A stretch of DNA of 64,000 nucleotides from Alphaproteobacteria bacterium (GCA_965243135.1 OZ251539.1:2304001-2368000); one strand, 5' to 3'; shown: positions 9,921 through 20,465, counted from the first letter of the stretch. Notes: a model not told the origin generated them from the sequence alone. Numbers and translations are program-made.

Positions 9921-11161
9921 GCGGACGATGCTTCGTCGTGGGCGCCGGCCTCGCCGGCCTGTCCGCGGCGCTCGGACTCGCCCGCGCCGGCCGCGCCGTC
10001 ACCCTCCTCGAGGCGGCCGGTCGCGCGGGCGGCCGCTGCCGTTCCTTTTTCGACGCGACGCTCGAACGCCAAATCGACAACGGCAACCATCTCGTGATGG
10101 CGGGCAACAGGAAAACGTTCGCTTTTCTCGACGCGATCGGCGCGCGCGACCGTCTCGCGGCCGTCGGCGCGTTTCCGTTCCTCGACCTCGCCACGGGCGC
10201 CCGTTGGACCGTTCGCGCTCGCCGCGGACTCCCGCCCTTCCCCGTCTTCAGCGGTCCGCGCCGGATCCCGGACGCCGGGCCGTTCGACCTTCTGCGGGCG
10301 CTGCGCCTGGCGCGGGCGGGACCCGAAGATACGGTCGCGGCGCTGCTGGGCGCCCCCGAAGCCGCCTACCGCCGCCTGTGGATTCCCCTGGCGACCGCCG
10401 TCCTCAACGCCCGCCCCGAGGAAGGCTCCGCGCTGCTCCTGCGGTCGATCTTCTCCCGGACGTTCCTGCGAGGCGGTTGCCGGCCTTATGTCGCCGACCG
10501 CGGACTTGCGCATTGCTTCGTCGATCCGGCGGTCGCCGCGGTCCGCGCATCGGGAGGAGAATTCCGGTTCAACAGCCGCGTTCGCGCCCTGGAAACCCGA
10601 AACGACCGGATTGGCCGGATCGTCACGACGCGGGAAACGATCCTCGCCGACGCCGGCGATTCCGTCGTTCTGGCCGTGCCTCCGTCGGCCGCGAGCGCGC
10701 TGCGCCCGGAACTTCGCGTCCCGGCGGGCGACCGCGCCATCGTCAATGCGCACTACCGGCTCGACGGCCCGCCGGCGCTGCCCGGAGGAGAACGCATCCT
10801 CGGCCTGGTCGGCGGCACGGCGCAATGGATCTTCGCGCGCGGCGACGTCGCTTCGGTCACCGTCAGCGCGGCCGACGCGCTCGCCTCGCGGCCCAATTCC
10901 GAAATCGCCCGCATCCTCTGGAACGACGTGGCGGCGGCGCTCGACCTCGACGCCGGCCGGCCGCCGCCGGCGCGGATCGTCAACGAACGCCGCGCGACCT
11001 TCGCGCAAACCCCCTCGGGAGCGCGGTCGCGACCCGGAACCCGCACGCGGATCGGGAACATGTTCTTGGCCGGCGACTGGACGGATACCGGCTTGCCCGC
11101 AACCATCGAAGGGGCCATTCTCTCCGGACGGCGCGCGGCGGCGGCCGTCATGCGAGCGTGA
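9917..11161 (+). CDS. hpnE: Hydroxysqualene dehydroxylase (FAD-dependent)
   Basis: VVGAGLAGLSAA, GGRCRSFFD..IDNGNHL, ERRATF, LAGDWTDTGLPATIEGAILSG; ATGA overlap with hpnD. Confidence 0.9.
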   Translation: MSGRCFVVGAGLAGLSAALGLARAGRAVTLLEAAGRAGGRCRSFFDATLERQIDNGNHLVMAGNRKTFAFLDAIGARDRLAAVGAFPFLDLATGARWTVRARRGLPPFPVFSGPRRIPDAGPFDLLRALRLARAGPEDTVAALLGAPEAAYRRLWIPLATAVLNARPEEGSALLLRSIFSRTFLRGGCRPYVADRGLAHCFVDPAVAAVRASGGEFRFNSRVRALETRNDRIGRIVTTRETILADAGDSVVLAVPPSAASALRPELRVPAGDRAIVNAHYRLDGPPALPGGERILGLVGGTAQWIFARGDVASVTVSAADALASRPNSEIARILWNDVAAALDLDAGRPPPARIVNERRATFAQTPSGARSRPGTRTRIGNMFLAGDWTDTGLPATIEGAILSGRRAAAAVMRA

Positions 11162-11341
11162 CCGCGCCGGCGGCCGAGACGAACCCGCAAGCCGGCGATC
11201 CCGCTTTCGGCGCCAAGGTCCGGACCTTTGCGGCGTTCGCGCCTGCGATTTCCCTGTGAAAACCGCGCCGCCGGCCGCGGGGAAAGGCCCGCTTGCGCCC
11301 TCCGCCCCCGTCCGCCCGCCTTTCGTTCGAGGCGTCCACGG

Positions 11342-11370
11342 TTTGAAAGCTCATCTCGCCGAACCTATAT
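11342..11370 (+). promoter_or_regulatory. Possible RpoH (sigma32)-type promoter upstream of the RND operon
   Basis: TTTGAA-N16-CCTATAT resembles the alphaproteobacterial RpoH consensus CTTGAA-N15/16-CCTATAT. Confidence 0.4.
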
Positions 11371-11719
11371 GTAATTTGATGGCATCGTCTGCGGAAACGA
11401 TTTTTTGCATGAACGCGCGCCCATTCCAGCGCTGCGCCGGGCGGCGATCGCCGCCCGCCCGAACGCGAATCCCGGCCGTCCGCCGCCGCGCCGGCGGCGG
11501 CGTCTCGTTCGCCGCGCCCGTCTCCGGCTTTTCGCGGAAGCGCCGGGCCGCCCGTCCCGCGAACAAATCCTTCCGGCCCGCCGGGCCGGCGCGGATGCCG
11601 CCGGCCGCCGGACAGGTCTCCGAGACCGCGCCCGGAACGCCTGAACCTCCCTGCCCCGCGCGGCGTCGCCGCGCGCGCTCTTCCGCTCGCGGAACGGCGC
11701 GCCGACCGGGCGATCGAAC

Positions 11720-12811
11720 ATGAAGGGTTCGATCGCCATCGCGGCCGCGCTTGCCGTCGGCGCGGCGGCGTGGATCGCGTCCGGCCAATTGGGCGAAGAC
11801 GGAAGACAGGCGGCCGCGGAAGAAGGAGGACGGGCGACCGCCGAGCCGGCGCAGACTCCCCTGGTCTCCGTCAGGGTTCGGGAGACCGTCGCCCGGCCGA
11901 GAAAGCGCGAAATCGTCATTAACGGCCGCACCGAAGAGTCGCGCCGGGTCACGCTTCGGGCGCAGACGACCGGGCCCGTCGCCGCCGTCCCCGCCAAGGA
12001 AGGGCAAGCGATCGAGCTCGGCGACGTCGTCGCCCGCCAGGACGTGGAAAACCGGAAGGCGCTGCTCAAGGAAGCGGAAGCCCTGGTTCGCCAGCGGCGC
12101 ATCGAGCACACCGCCGCGGCGCGCCTCGCCAAGAAGGGGTTCCGGGCGAACACGCAGCTGGCGGAGGCCCGCGCCCGGCTCGACGCGGCGCTGGCCAGAA
12201 CGGAAGCCGCGCGAATTGATATGGAGAGAACGACGCTTCGCGCTCCCTTCGCCGGAGTGCTCGAGTCCCGAACCGTCGAGGTCGGCGCGTACGCCAGATC
12301 GGGCGACGGGATCGCGACGGTCGTCGATCTCGATCCGATACTCGCCATCGGATACGCGTCCGAACGCGACGTGGCCGGGATCCGGGTCGGCGCGCAGGGT
12401 TCGGTTCGCCTGATCGACGGCCGGACGGTCCGCGGCAGGGTGCGCTACGTCGCGAGCATCGGGGAATCCGAAACGCGCTCCTTCCGAATCGAACTGGAGA
12501 TTTCCAATCCCGACCTGACCATCCGCGCCGGACTGACGTGCAAACTGCGCCTGCCGCTCCCCGCAGCCAGCGCCCATCTGATATCGCCCGCCGTGCTCAC
12601 CCTTGCGGACGACGGGCGCGTCGGCGTGCGCATCGTCGATGCGGGGGACGTCGCGCGGTTCGTGCCCGTCGAGATCCTGGCCGATTCCCAGGAAGGCGTC
12701 TGGGTATCCGGACTCGAGGACGGCGACCGGCTGATCACGGTGGGGCACGAATTCGTCAAGGACGGCCAGAAGGTGCGGCCCGTGGCGGAGTCGGCGGAGA
12801 CCGCCTCGTGA
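11720..12811 (+). CDS. RND efflux periplasmic adaptor (MFP)
   Basis: N-terminal anchor, lipoyl-like/coiled-coil hairpin, LRAPFAGV, GVWVSGLEDGDRLITVG. Confidence 0.9.
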   Translation: MKGSIAIAAALAVGAAAWIASGQLGEDGRQAAAEEGGRATAEPAQTPLVSVRVRETVARPRKREIVINGRTEESRRVTLRAQTTGPVAAVPAKEGQAIELGDVVARQDVENRKALLKEAEALVRQRRIEHTAAARLAKKGFRANTQLAEARARLDAALARTEAARIDMERTTLRAPFAGVLESRTVEVGAYARSGDGIATVVDLDPILAIGYASERDVAGIRVGAQGSVRLIDGRTVRGRVRYVASIGESETRSFRIELEISNPDLTIRAGLTCKLRLPLPAASAHLISPAVLTLADDGRVGVRIVDAGDVARFVPVEILADSQEGVWVSGLEDGDRLITVGHEFVKDGQKVRPVAESAETAS

Positions 12812-15800
12812 CGCCGATCGACGCCGCGCTGTCGCGGTCGCGGTCGGTCATCGCGATTCTCGTCCTGCTGCTGCTGACCGGAACGTCGGCCTACCTCGGC
12901 ATCCCGAAGGAGGCGCGCCCCGACATCGATTTCCCCGTCATCTACGTGTCCATGACCCTGTCGGGCGTCTCGCCGGAAGACGCCGACCGCCTTCTGGTCC
13001 GTCCCATGGAAGCGGAGGTCAAATCCGTCGAGGGCGTCAAGGAAATCAGATCGAACGCCTTCCAGGGCGGCGCCAGCGTCCTGCTCGAGTTCGAGGCGGG
13101 GTTCGACGCCGACAAGGCGCTGCAGGACGTGCGCGACAAGGTCGACATCGCCAAGGCCGACTTGCCCGACGAAACGGACGAGCCGCGGGTGAACGAAGTC
13201 AATCTCAGCCTGCTCCCGATACTCGTCATCACGCTGGGCGGCGACGTTCCCGAACGCGCGTTGCTCAAGCTGAGCCGCGATCTGCAGGATCGCATCGAAG
13301 GCATATCCAGCGTTCTCGAAGCGCGAATCGGCGGCGACCGCAACGAGCGGGTGGAGATCGTCATCGACCCGCTGCTGCTGGATTCCTACGGCCTCGATCC
13401 GCGCCAGGTGATCGAAATGGTAACCCGTTTCAACCGGCTGATAACGGCCGGCGCGCTCGAATCCGGACGAGGACGCTTCGCGATCAAGGTGCCCGGACTG
13501 TTCGAATCCGCCGGCGACATTCTCGACATGCCGCTGAAGACCAGCGGCGACTCCGTCATCTCCGTAAGGGACGTTTCGTCCGTGCGCCGCACGTTCGAGG
13601 ATCGCCGAACTTACGCCCGCCTGAACGGCAAGCCCGCGATCGCGCTGCAAATCTCGAAACGGTCCGGGGAAAACATCATCGATACGGTGAACGCGATCAG
13701 AGACCTCGTGGAAGAGGAACGACGGCACTGGCCGTCCGGAATCGAGGTCGTCTTCTCCAACGACGAATCGCGCACCATCCGCACGATGCTTCGGGATCTC
13801 CAGAACAACGTCCTGTCCGCAGTCCTTCTGGTGATGATCGTCATCGTCGGCGCGCTCGGCCTCAGAACCGGATTCCTCGTCGGCATCGCGATTCCGGGGT
13901 CGTTCCTCACCGGCATACTCGTGCTCGCCGCGGCCGGCCTCACGGTCAACGTGGTGGTCCTGTTTTCGCTCATCCTGTCCGTCGGCCTTCTGGTCGACGG
14001 CGCGATCGTGGTGACCGAGTACGCCGACCGCAAGATGACCGAAGGCGCTCCGCGGGCCGCTGCCTACGCCGAGGCCGCCAAGCGGATGGGCTGGCCCATT
14101 ATCGCTTCGACGGCCACCACCCTCGCGGCGTTCCTGCCGCTGCTGTTCTGGCCCGGGATGATCGGCGAGTTCATGAAGTATCTGCCGATCACCCTGATCG
14201 CGACATTGTCCGCGTCGCTCCTCATGGCCCTGATCTTCGTGCCCACGGTCGGCGCGCAGATCGGCAAGCCCGGCATGGCCGGCGCCGCGGCGATCGCCCA
14301 GATGAAGGCCGTGGAAAGCGGAGACATCGAGGATATCCGGGGGTTCACCGGCGGGTACGTCCGCCTGCTCAAGGGCGCCCTCCGACACCCCGGCAAGGTG
14401 GCCGCAGCCGCCGTTCTCGCGCTCGTCGCCGCGTGGGCGCTTTACGCGAATTTCGGGCGCGGCTTCGAGTTCTTTCCCGAGGTCGAGCCCGACCGCGCGG
14501 TGATGAAGGTGTTCGCCCGCGGCAACCTCTCGGTCGACCAGAAGCAGCGCCTGGTCGGACAGGTGGAGCGGGAAATTCTCGATCTTCAGCGCGAACGCGG
14601 CGAAATGCGGGCGGTCTACATCCTTTCCGGCGAGCAGCAGCGGCGCGACGACACGCCGGCCGACCTCGTCGGCAACATCAGCATCGAGTTCGAGGACTGG
14701 CGAGACCGCCGCCCGGCCGACGCGATCCTCGCGGACATCGCCGCGCGCTCGAGAAAACTTGCCGGCATCCGGGTCGAAACCGCCAAGGAAGAAGCCGGGC
14801 CGCCGGTCGGCAAGCCGATCCACCTTCTGGTGACCTCGCGAGATCCCGCCCTCATCGCTCCCGCCGTCGCCAAAATCAGGACGCGGCTGGAGTCGACGAA
14901 CGGGCTCAAGGACATCGAAGACGGCCGACCGGTCCCGGGCATAGAATGGGAGCTTCGCGTCGACCGGGAGCAGGCCGCGAAGTTCGGCGCGGACGTCGCC
15001 GTGATCGGGAACATCGTCCGCCTCGTCACCAACGGCCTGAAGATCGGCGGCTACCGGCCCGACGACGCCGACGACGAAATCGACATCGTGGTTCGGTTTC
15101 CGGCCGAATACCGCAGTCTCGAACAACTCGATTCGATTCGCGTGCAAACGCGGAACGGCCTCGTTCCGATCAGCAACTTCGTGACGCGGTTGCCGCGCCA
15201 GCAGACCGGAACGCTCCAGCGAACCGACGCGAAGCGTTCCATGACGGTCAAGGCGGACGTGCTTCCCGGCGTGCTGCCGGACGACAAGGTCACCGAGATC
15301 AGGACCTGGCTCGATACCGAAGCGTCTCTCGATCCCCGGGTCGACGTGACGTTCAAGGGCGAGGACCGGGAGCAGAAGGAAGCGAGCGCTTTCCTCGGGC
15401 AGGCGTTCGCGGTCGCCCTGTTCCTGATGGCGGTCATTCTCGTCACCCAGTTCAACCGTTTTTACTCGGCCTTCCTCATTCTCTCGGCCGTCGTCATGTC
15501 GACGGTCGGCGTGATGCTGGGCCTGCTCATCATCGCGCAGCCCTTCGGCATCGTGATGAGCGGCATCGGAGTCATCGCCCTCGCCGGCATCGTGGTGAAC
15601 AACAACATCGTGCTGATCGACACCTACGACCGTCTGGCGAAGACCGCCGCGACGCCCATGGAAGCGATTCTGCGGACCGGCGCGCAGCGTCTTCGTCCGG
15701 TTCTGTTGACGACCGCCACCACGATCCTCGGACTCCTGCCCATGGTGACGCGGATCAATATCGATTTCGTCACGCGGGAGATCGACGTCGGCGCGCCTTC

Positions 15801-15987
15801 GACCCAGTGGTGGCAGCAACTCGCCACGGCGATCGCGTTCGGCCTCGCGTTCGCGACGGTGCTGACCCTGATCGTCACTCCCGCGCTGCTGATGATCCGC
15901 GCGAACCTCGCGGCCTGGCGCCTCGGGCGACGCGAGAAGCGCCTGGCGCGCAAGCGGCTGCCGCGTCCGGAGGCGGCCGGCGCTTGA
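12808..15987 (+). CDS. RND efflux permease (AcrB/AcrD/AcrF family)
   Basis: PKEARPDIDFP, GLLVDGAIVVTE, IASTATTLAAFLPL, GIVVNNNIVLID, QRLRPVLLT; GTG start overlaps the MFP stop. Confidence 0.93.
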   Translation: MTPIDAALSRSRSVIAILVLLLLTGTSAYLGIPKEARPDIDFPVIYVSMTLSGVSPEDADRLLVRPMEAEVKSVEGVKEIRSNAFQGGASVLLEFEAGFDADKALQDVRDKVDIAKADLPDETDEPRVNEVNLSLLPILVITLGGDVPERALLKLSRDLQDRIEGISSVLEARIGGDRNERVEIVIDPLLLDSYGLDPRQVIEMVTRFNRLITAGALESGRGRFAIKVPGLFESAGDILDMPLKTSGDSVISVRDVSSVRRTFEDRRTYARLNGKPAIALQISKRSGENIIDTVNAIRDLVEEERRHWPSGIEVVFSNDESRTIRTMLRDLQNNVLSAVLLVMIVIVGALGLRTGFLVGIAIPGSFLTGILVLAAAGLTVNVVVLFSLILSVGLLVDGAIVVTEYADRKMTEGAPRAAAYAEAAKRMGWPIIASTATTLAAFLPLLFWPGMIGEFMKYLPITLIATLSASLLMALIFVPTVGAQIGKPGMAGAAAIAQMKAVESGDIEDIRGFTGGYVRLLKGALRHPGKVAAAAVLALVAAWALYANFGRGFEFFPEVEPDRAVMKVFARGNLSVDQKQRLVGQVEREILDLQRERGEMRAVYILSGEQQRRDDTPADLVGNISIEFEDWRDRRPADAILADIAARSRKLAGIRVETAKEEAGPPVGKPIHLLVTSRDPALIAPAVAKIRTRLESTNGLKDIEDGRPVPGIEWELRVDREQAAKFGADVAVIGNIVRLVTNGLKIGGYRPDDADDEIDIVVRFPAEYRSLEQLDSIRVQTRNGLVPISNFVTRLPRQQTGTLQRTDAKRSMTVKADVLPGVLPDDKVTEIRTWLDTEASLDPRVDVTFKGEDREQKEASAFLGQAFAVALFLMAVILVTQFNRFYSAFLILSAVVMSTVGVMLGLLIIAQPFGIVMSGIGVIALAGIVVNNNIVLIDTYDRLAKTAATPMEAILRTGAQRLRPVLLTTATTILGLLPMVTRINIDFVTREIDVGAPSTQWWQQLATAIAFGLAFATVLTLIVTPALLMIRANLAAWRLGRREKRLARKRLPRPEAAGA

Positions 15988-16041
15988 CCAGCCCGCCCGT
16001 TCGGGCGATGCTGGAAACGGCATCGAGCAGGAACGAGCGGC

Positions 16042-17232
16042 ATGGCATACATTCCCTATGGCGGTTACTGGTCGACTCCGTTCGCCAAATGGCAGGGTTC
16101 GCTCAGCCATCTGAACTCCGTGGAGTTCGCGGCGCGCGTGGCCGCGGACGAGCTGGCGCGGAGGGAGATTCCCGCCGACGAATTCGACATGGCCGTTCTC
16201 GGCCTCACCGTTCCGCAGCACCAGTCATTCTTCGGCGCGCCGTGGATGACGGCGATGATGGGAGCGGACCGGGTTCCCGGGCCGACCGTTACGCAGGCCT
16301 GCGCGACCTCGGCCCGCTGCCTGCAAACCGCAAGCAGGGAAATCGCCGACGAGGGAGATTCGGTGCTGGTGGTGACCACTGACCGCACCTCGAACGGTCC
16401 CAACCTCTACTATCCGGAACCGACCGCGCCCGGCGGAACCGGCAAGAGCGAAAACTGGGTGCTGGACAATTTCGGACGCGACCCGTACGCGCGCCTGGCG
16501 ATGGTGGAAACGGCGGAAAACGTCGCCCGCAAATGGCAGATCACCACCGCCGAGCAACACGACGTGGTGGCGCGGCGCTACGAGCAATATCGCGACGCGA
16601 CCGCCGACGGCAACGCCTTTCAGAAGCGGTACATGCGGCTGCCTCTCGACGTGCCGGACGGAAAGTTCCGCAGGACCGTCGCGACCATGAACGGCGACGA
16701 GGGCGTCCACGAGACCACCCGCGAGGGACTCGCGTCGCTTAAGCCGGTCCGGGAAGACGGCACGGTGACCTACGCCGGACAGACGCATCCCGCGGACGGC
16801 ACCGCCGGCATGGTCGTGACCACGCGCGAAAAAGCGCGCGAGATGTCGTCCGATCCGCGGATCGGCATCCGCCTGGCCGGGTTCGGCCAGGCTCGCACCG
16901 AAAAGGGATACATGCCGCACGCCCCGGTGCCGGCGTCGCAGCGGGCGCTGGACGACGCCGGACTGTCGCTCGACGACATCGCGGCGGTCAAGACCCACAA
17001 TCCGTTCGCCGTCAACGACGTCGTGTTCTGCCGCGAAACCGGTTTCGATATCGACAGGATGAACAATTTCGGCTGCTCGCTCATCTGGGGGCATCCGCAG
17101 GGACCGACGGGGCTGCGCGCGATCTGCGAACTGATCGAGGAACTCGTCATGCGCGGCGGCGGCTACGGGCTGTTCAACGGCTGCGCCGCGGGCGACAGCG
17201 CGATGGCCGTGGCGATCGAAGTCGGCGAATAG
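16042..17232 (+). CDS. Thiolase family protein
   Basis: QACATS (catalytic Cys), TYAGQTHPADG, KTHNPFAVND, GCSLIWGHPQGPTG, GCAAGD. Confidence 0.88.
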   Translation: MAYIPYGGYWSTPFAKWQGSLSHLNSVEFAARVAADELARREIPADEFDMAVLGLTVPQHQSFFGAPWMTAMMGADRVPGPTVTQACATSARCLQTASREIADEGDSVLVVTTDRTSNGPNLYYPEPTAPGGTGKSENWVLDNFGRDPYARLAMVETAENVARKWQITTAEQHDVVARRYEQYRDATADGNAFQKRYMRLPLDVPDGKFRRTVATMNGDEGVHETTREGLASLKPVREDGTVTYAGQTHPADGTAGMVVTTREKAREMSSDPRIGIRLAGFGQARTEKGYMPHAPVPASQRALDDAGLSLDDIAAVKTHNPFAVNDVVFCRETGFDIDRMNNFGCSLIWGHPQGPTGLRAICELIEELVMRGGGYGLFNGCAAGDSAMAVAIEVGE

Positions 17233-17526
17233 CGGGCGGCGTCTCCACCGCGACGGCCGCAGCCGAAAGCGGTTCCGGTTCGCGGCGCGACTTTCGGGAA
17301 CGCTCCGATGCCCGGTCCCTTGGGGCAGCCCCTCCTGGAAGCGCGAACCGCCGCTTCGCTGCGGAGCAAATCTACAGCCATGTCGACAACGCTTACGGAG
17401 AAGCAATATGTCCGCGACCTGCGGGCGCCTGCGGCTCGGGCTCGCGACGGTGGGGCGCTCGTGCGCCTGCGGGCGGAACGTCGGGGCGGTCGCTGGTCGC
17501 TCCGGTCGGACTGCGCGACCTCATCC

Positions 17527-17555
17527 TTGACGGCTCCGGCTCTGCTGCCTACTCT
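17527..17555 (+). promoter_or_regulatory. Putative sigma70 promoter, leaderless geometry, of AAA/PD-(D/E)XK copy 1
   Basis: TTGACG-N17-TACTCT-N6-ATG; same layout at copy 2. Confidence 0.6.
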
Positions 17556-17561
17556 CTTCGA

Positions 17562-19079
17562 ATGACGAAGCGCATGCTGCCGATCGGCATGACGTCCCTC
17601 TGGAAAATCCGGACGAGGGACTGCTACGTCGACAAGACGGAGCATGTGCGCCGTCTCGTCGAAGGGGGCGATTACTATTTCCTGTCGCGTCCGCGCCGGT
17701 TCGGCAAGACCCTGCTGGTGGACACGCTGCAGAAGCTGTTCGAGGGAAGCGAGGAGCCGTTCCGGGGCCTTGCCGTGCACGACGAGTGGGACTGGTCGGC
17801 GCGCCGTCGTGCGGCTCAGCTTCGGCAGGGGCAATTTCGTCGTCCCCGACGGGGTTCGGGTAACCGTGGAAAGGCAACTGGCGGCGGCGGAGAGGCGCGC
17901 CGGCCTCGAACCGGGTCCCGCCGAGGCCTCGAACCGTTTCGGGGAATTGGTCCTGCACGAGCGCACCGGACAGCAGGCGGTCGTGTTGGTCGACGAGTAC
18001 GACAAGCCGGTCGCGCTCGGCGACCGGGAACTGGCGCGTGCCAACCGGGACTTCCTGCGCAGCCTGTACGGGGCGATCAAGGATTGCGACGAGCATCTCC
18101 GTTTCGTTTTCCTGACGGGGGTAAGCAAGTTCTCGCAGGCGGGCCTGTTCCCGGGCCTGAACAACTTGCGCGACATCACGCTGGAGCCGGAGTTCTCGGA
18201 CATTTGCGGCTACACGGACGCGGAGCTGGACGCTGTCTTCGCCCCGGAACTCGAGGGCCTGGACCGGGACGAGATCCGGCGCTGGTACAACGGCTACAAC
18301 TGGCGCGGCGCGGACAAGGTCTATAACCCGTTCGACATCCTCCTTCTTTTCAAAACGCGCGAGTTCAAGGCGCACTGGTTCCAGAGCGGCACGCCGACCT
18401 TTCTCGTCGACCTCCTGTCGCGGCACCAGGTCGAGACGCCCGCCCTGGAGCGCATGGTCGCGGACGACGACCTGCTGTCGACCTTCGACGTCGACGACAT
18501 CTCGACCGAAGCGCTTTTGTTTCAGACCGGCTACCTGACCATCGTCGGCGAGGAGGCCACCGACAGCGGGGGCCTCTACCGGCTACCCGAACTACGAGGT
18601 GAAGCTCAGCCTGAACAAGAGGCTGTTGCGCGCCATGGCGCCGGCAACGGGACGGGATGCGACGCGGCAGGCGGAGCTGGCCAGGCTGACGGCGGAGGAC
18701 GATCCGGAGAAAGTGAAGGCGCTGTTCGAGGCGTTCTTCGCGAGCGTTCCTCACGACTGGCACCGGAAGAACGACCTCGCGCATTACGAGGGCTATTGGG
18801 CGGCCCTCGTTTACTCGCACTTCGCGGCGGCGGGTCTGGACGTACGGGTCGAGGAAGCGACCGCCCGCGGACGCCTGGACATGGCTGTGCTAAGTCCGGG
18901 ATGCGTGCATCTGTACGAGTTCAAGGTCGTGGACGGGGGACCGGAAGGCCGGGCGCTTGCGCAGATGCGGGAGCGCGGCTACGCGGACAAGTACCGGCAT
19001 CTGGGGGTGCCGGCTGATCGGCATGGAGTTCGGCCGGGAAGAGCGCAACATCGTCGGCTTCGAGTTCGAGACTGCCTGA
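17562..19079 (+). pseudogene. AAA-ATPase-like + PD-(D/E)XK nuclease (PDDEXK_9) gene, multiply frameshifted (copy 1)
   Basis: YVDKT, FLSRPRRFGKT, VLVDEYDKP, FVFLTGVSKF, WYNGY, YNPFDIL, GRLDM..LYEFK..ALAQMRERGYADKY spread over at least 3 frames; homologous to 34914-36458. Confidence 0.9.
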
Positions 19080-19642
19080 AGCCGGGAGCCGCAGGCGGAC
19101 GAGTTCGACGCCCCGTCCGGACATTTCGGCAGACGGGCACGCGAAAAGCCGACGTTCGCGTCGCAGTGCGCCTCGTCGAAGCACCCGCCGTTTCCCCGGG
19201 ACACTTTCGCTGTCTTCCGTTTTCGCGTCGGCGTCTTCCTGCGGACGCTCTGGCGCCGTTTCCGGCGTCCTGAAACGCCGACGGCGTTCAAAAGCGGAGA
19301 GTCGCCCCGCTTCGGGCCCGGAAACCCGCGGATTTTCCGGCCGGGACAGCGTTTTCCCCGGATGCTGGCCCAAAGCCAGCCCTCCGCCCGGACGCCGCCC
19401 CTGCGGCAAACGGCTGGGCCGGGCAAAAACCCGGTCGCCGCCATGACCGCCGGGATGCATCGGTTTCGAAACGGCGGCATGGTCCGTTCCGTCAGGCGGC
19501 CGGCGGTCAAGTCGACGCCGAACGATGCCTGTTTCCCAAGCATCCTCGTCCGGACTTCGGCAACGCGGATCTCGCGCCGTCGCAGGCGACCGGCCGAGCA
19601 GCAGGTCGCCATGAATCGACGCAGCGCAAACGTCTCCGAAAC

Positions 19643-19827
19643 CAAAGATTCCCGCTAAGGATCCTTGGGAAATATGGGATTCGAGAAAAATTTTTCGTAG
19701 ACTTTTCCGGGTAATTCGGCGCGACTTGCCGAGGGGATTTTCTCATGTCGCGGCGGCTTGTCCACTGGTAACCTCGCCTTCTCGGCGTACCTTCCGGAAA
19801 TGCGGCCGCCTTAGCAGAAACCGCTTG
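19643..19827 (+). mobile_element. MITE / internally deleted relic of the ISNCY-like element at 32793-34441
   Basis: Starts CAAAGATTCCCGCTAAGG (cf. CAGCAATTCCCGCTAAGG) with ~100 bp similar to that IS end, then ~80 bp similar to the other end (GTCGCGGCGGCT..GGTAAC..GCGGCCGCCTTAGC). No TSD seen. Confidence 0.75.
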
Positions 19828-19853
19828 ACTTACCTAAATTACTTAGCTATCAT
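19825..19853 (+). promoter_or_regulatory. sigma70 promoter of marR-hpaB with possible MarR operator
   Basis: TTGACT-N17-TATCAT; the AT-rich spacer holds the inverted repeat CTAA-N5-TTAG. Confidence 0.65.
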
Positions 19854-19883
19854 ATCGTCGAAGAGGTTATCGAGAGAGCGAAC

Positions 19884-20465
19884 ATGAGCGCGCAACCGAA
19901 CGCCCAGACATGGAGCCTTCCGCCGAGCACGTCGCGCCCGGCGTTGCTGGACGCCGGCGGAAACGACGCCGTTTTCCGGCGGCTGGTCTACGATATCCTG
20001 ACGATGGCGGGGAATTTCGACAGAATACGCGAGCGCATGGCCGCGACGCTCGGGCTCACCGGAATCCAGTACCATATCCTGATGGCCGTCGCGGAGGTCG
20101 GGGAAGGAAAGCCGGTGACCGTTTCCGCGATCGCCGACCATCTCCACATAACCGGCTCCTACGTCACCATGGAGAGCCGCAAGCTGGCGCGCATGGGCCT
20201 TCTCGACAAGCTCCGCAATCCCGAAGACAGGAGAAGCGTCCTCCTGTCGCTGACCGACGAAAGCCGGAAGAAGCTAGGGGATTTCGCGCCCCAACTCCGC
20301 GAAATCAACGACGCTCTGTTCTGCGACATAGGGCCGAAGACCTTCCGGCAATTTTGCTACATCGTCGATCACATGCGCCGGACCAGCGCCCGCACCGCCG
20401 ACCTCGCCGAACATCTGGCGCAGTGGGGAACCCCGAAAGAAACGATAACCGCCGTTCGGCGCTGA
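19884..20465 (+). CDS. MarR family transcriptional regulator
   Basis: GLTGIQYHIL..TVSAIADHL...RNPEDRRSVLLSLT. Confidence 0.9.
   Translation: MSAQPNAQTWSLPPSTSRPALLDAGGNDAVFRRLVYDILTMAGNFDRIRERMAATLGLTGIQYHILMAVAEVGEGKPVTVSAIADHLHITGSYVTMESRKLARMGLLDKLRNPEDRRSVLLSLTDESRKKLGDFAPQLREINDALFCDIGPKTFRQFCYIVDHMRRTSARTADLAEHLAQWGTPKETITAVRR

Noticed and set aside
12445-16221. Very long antisense or alternate-frame ORFs (also 23064-26399, 19910-22006, 43292-45625, 59904-61742, etc.)
   Set aside because: Shadow ORFs of real genes in high-GC DNA; Arg/Gly/Pro-rich with no motifs.
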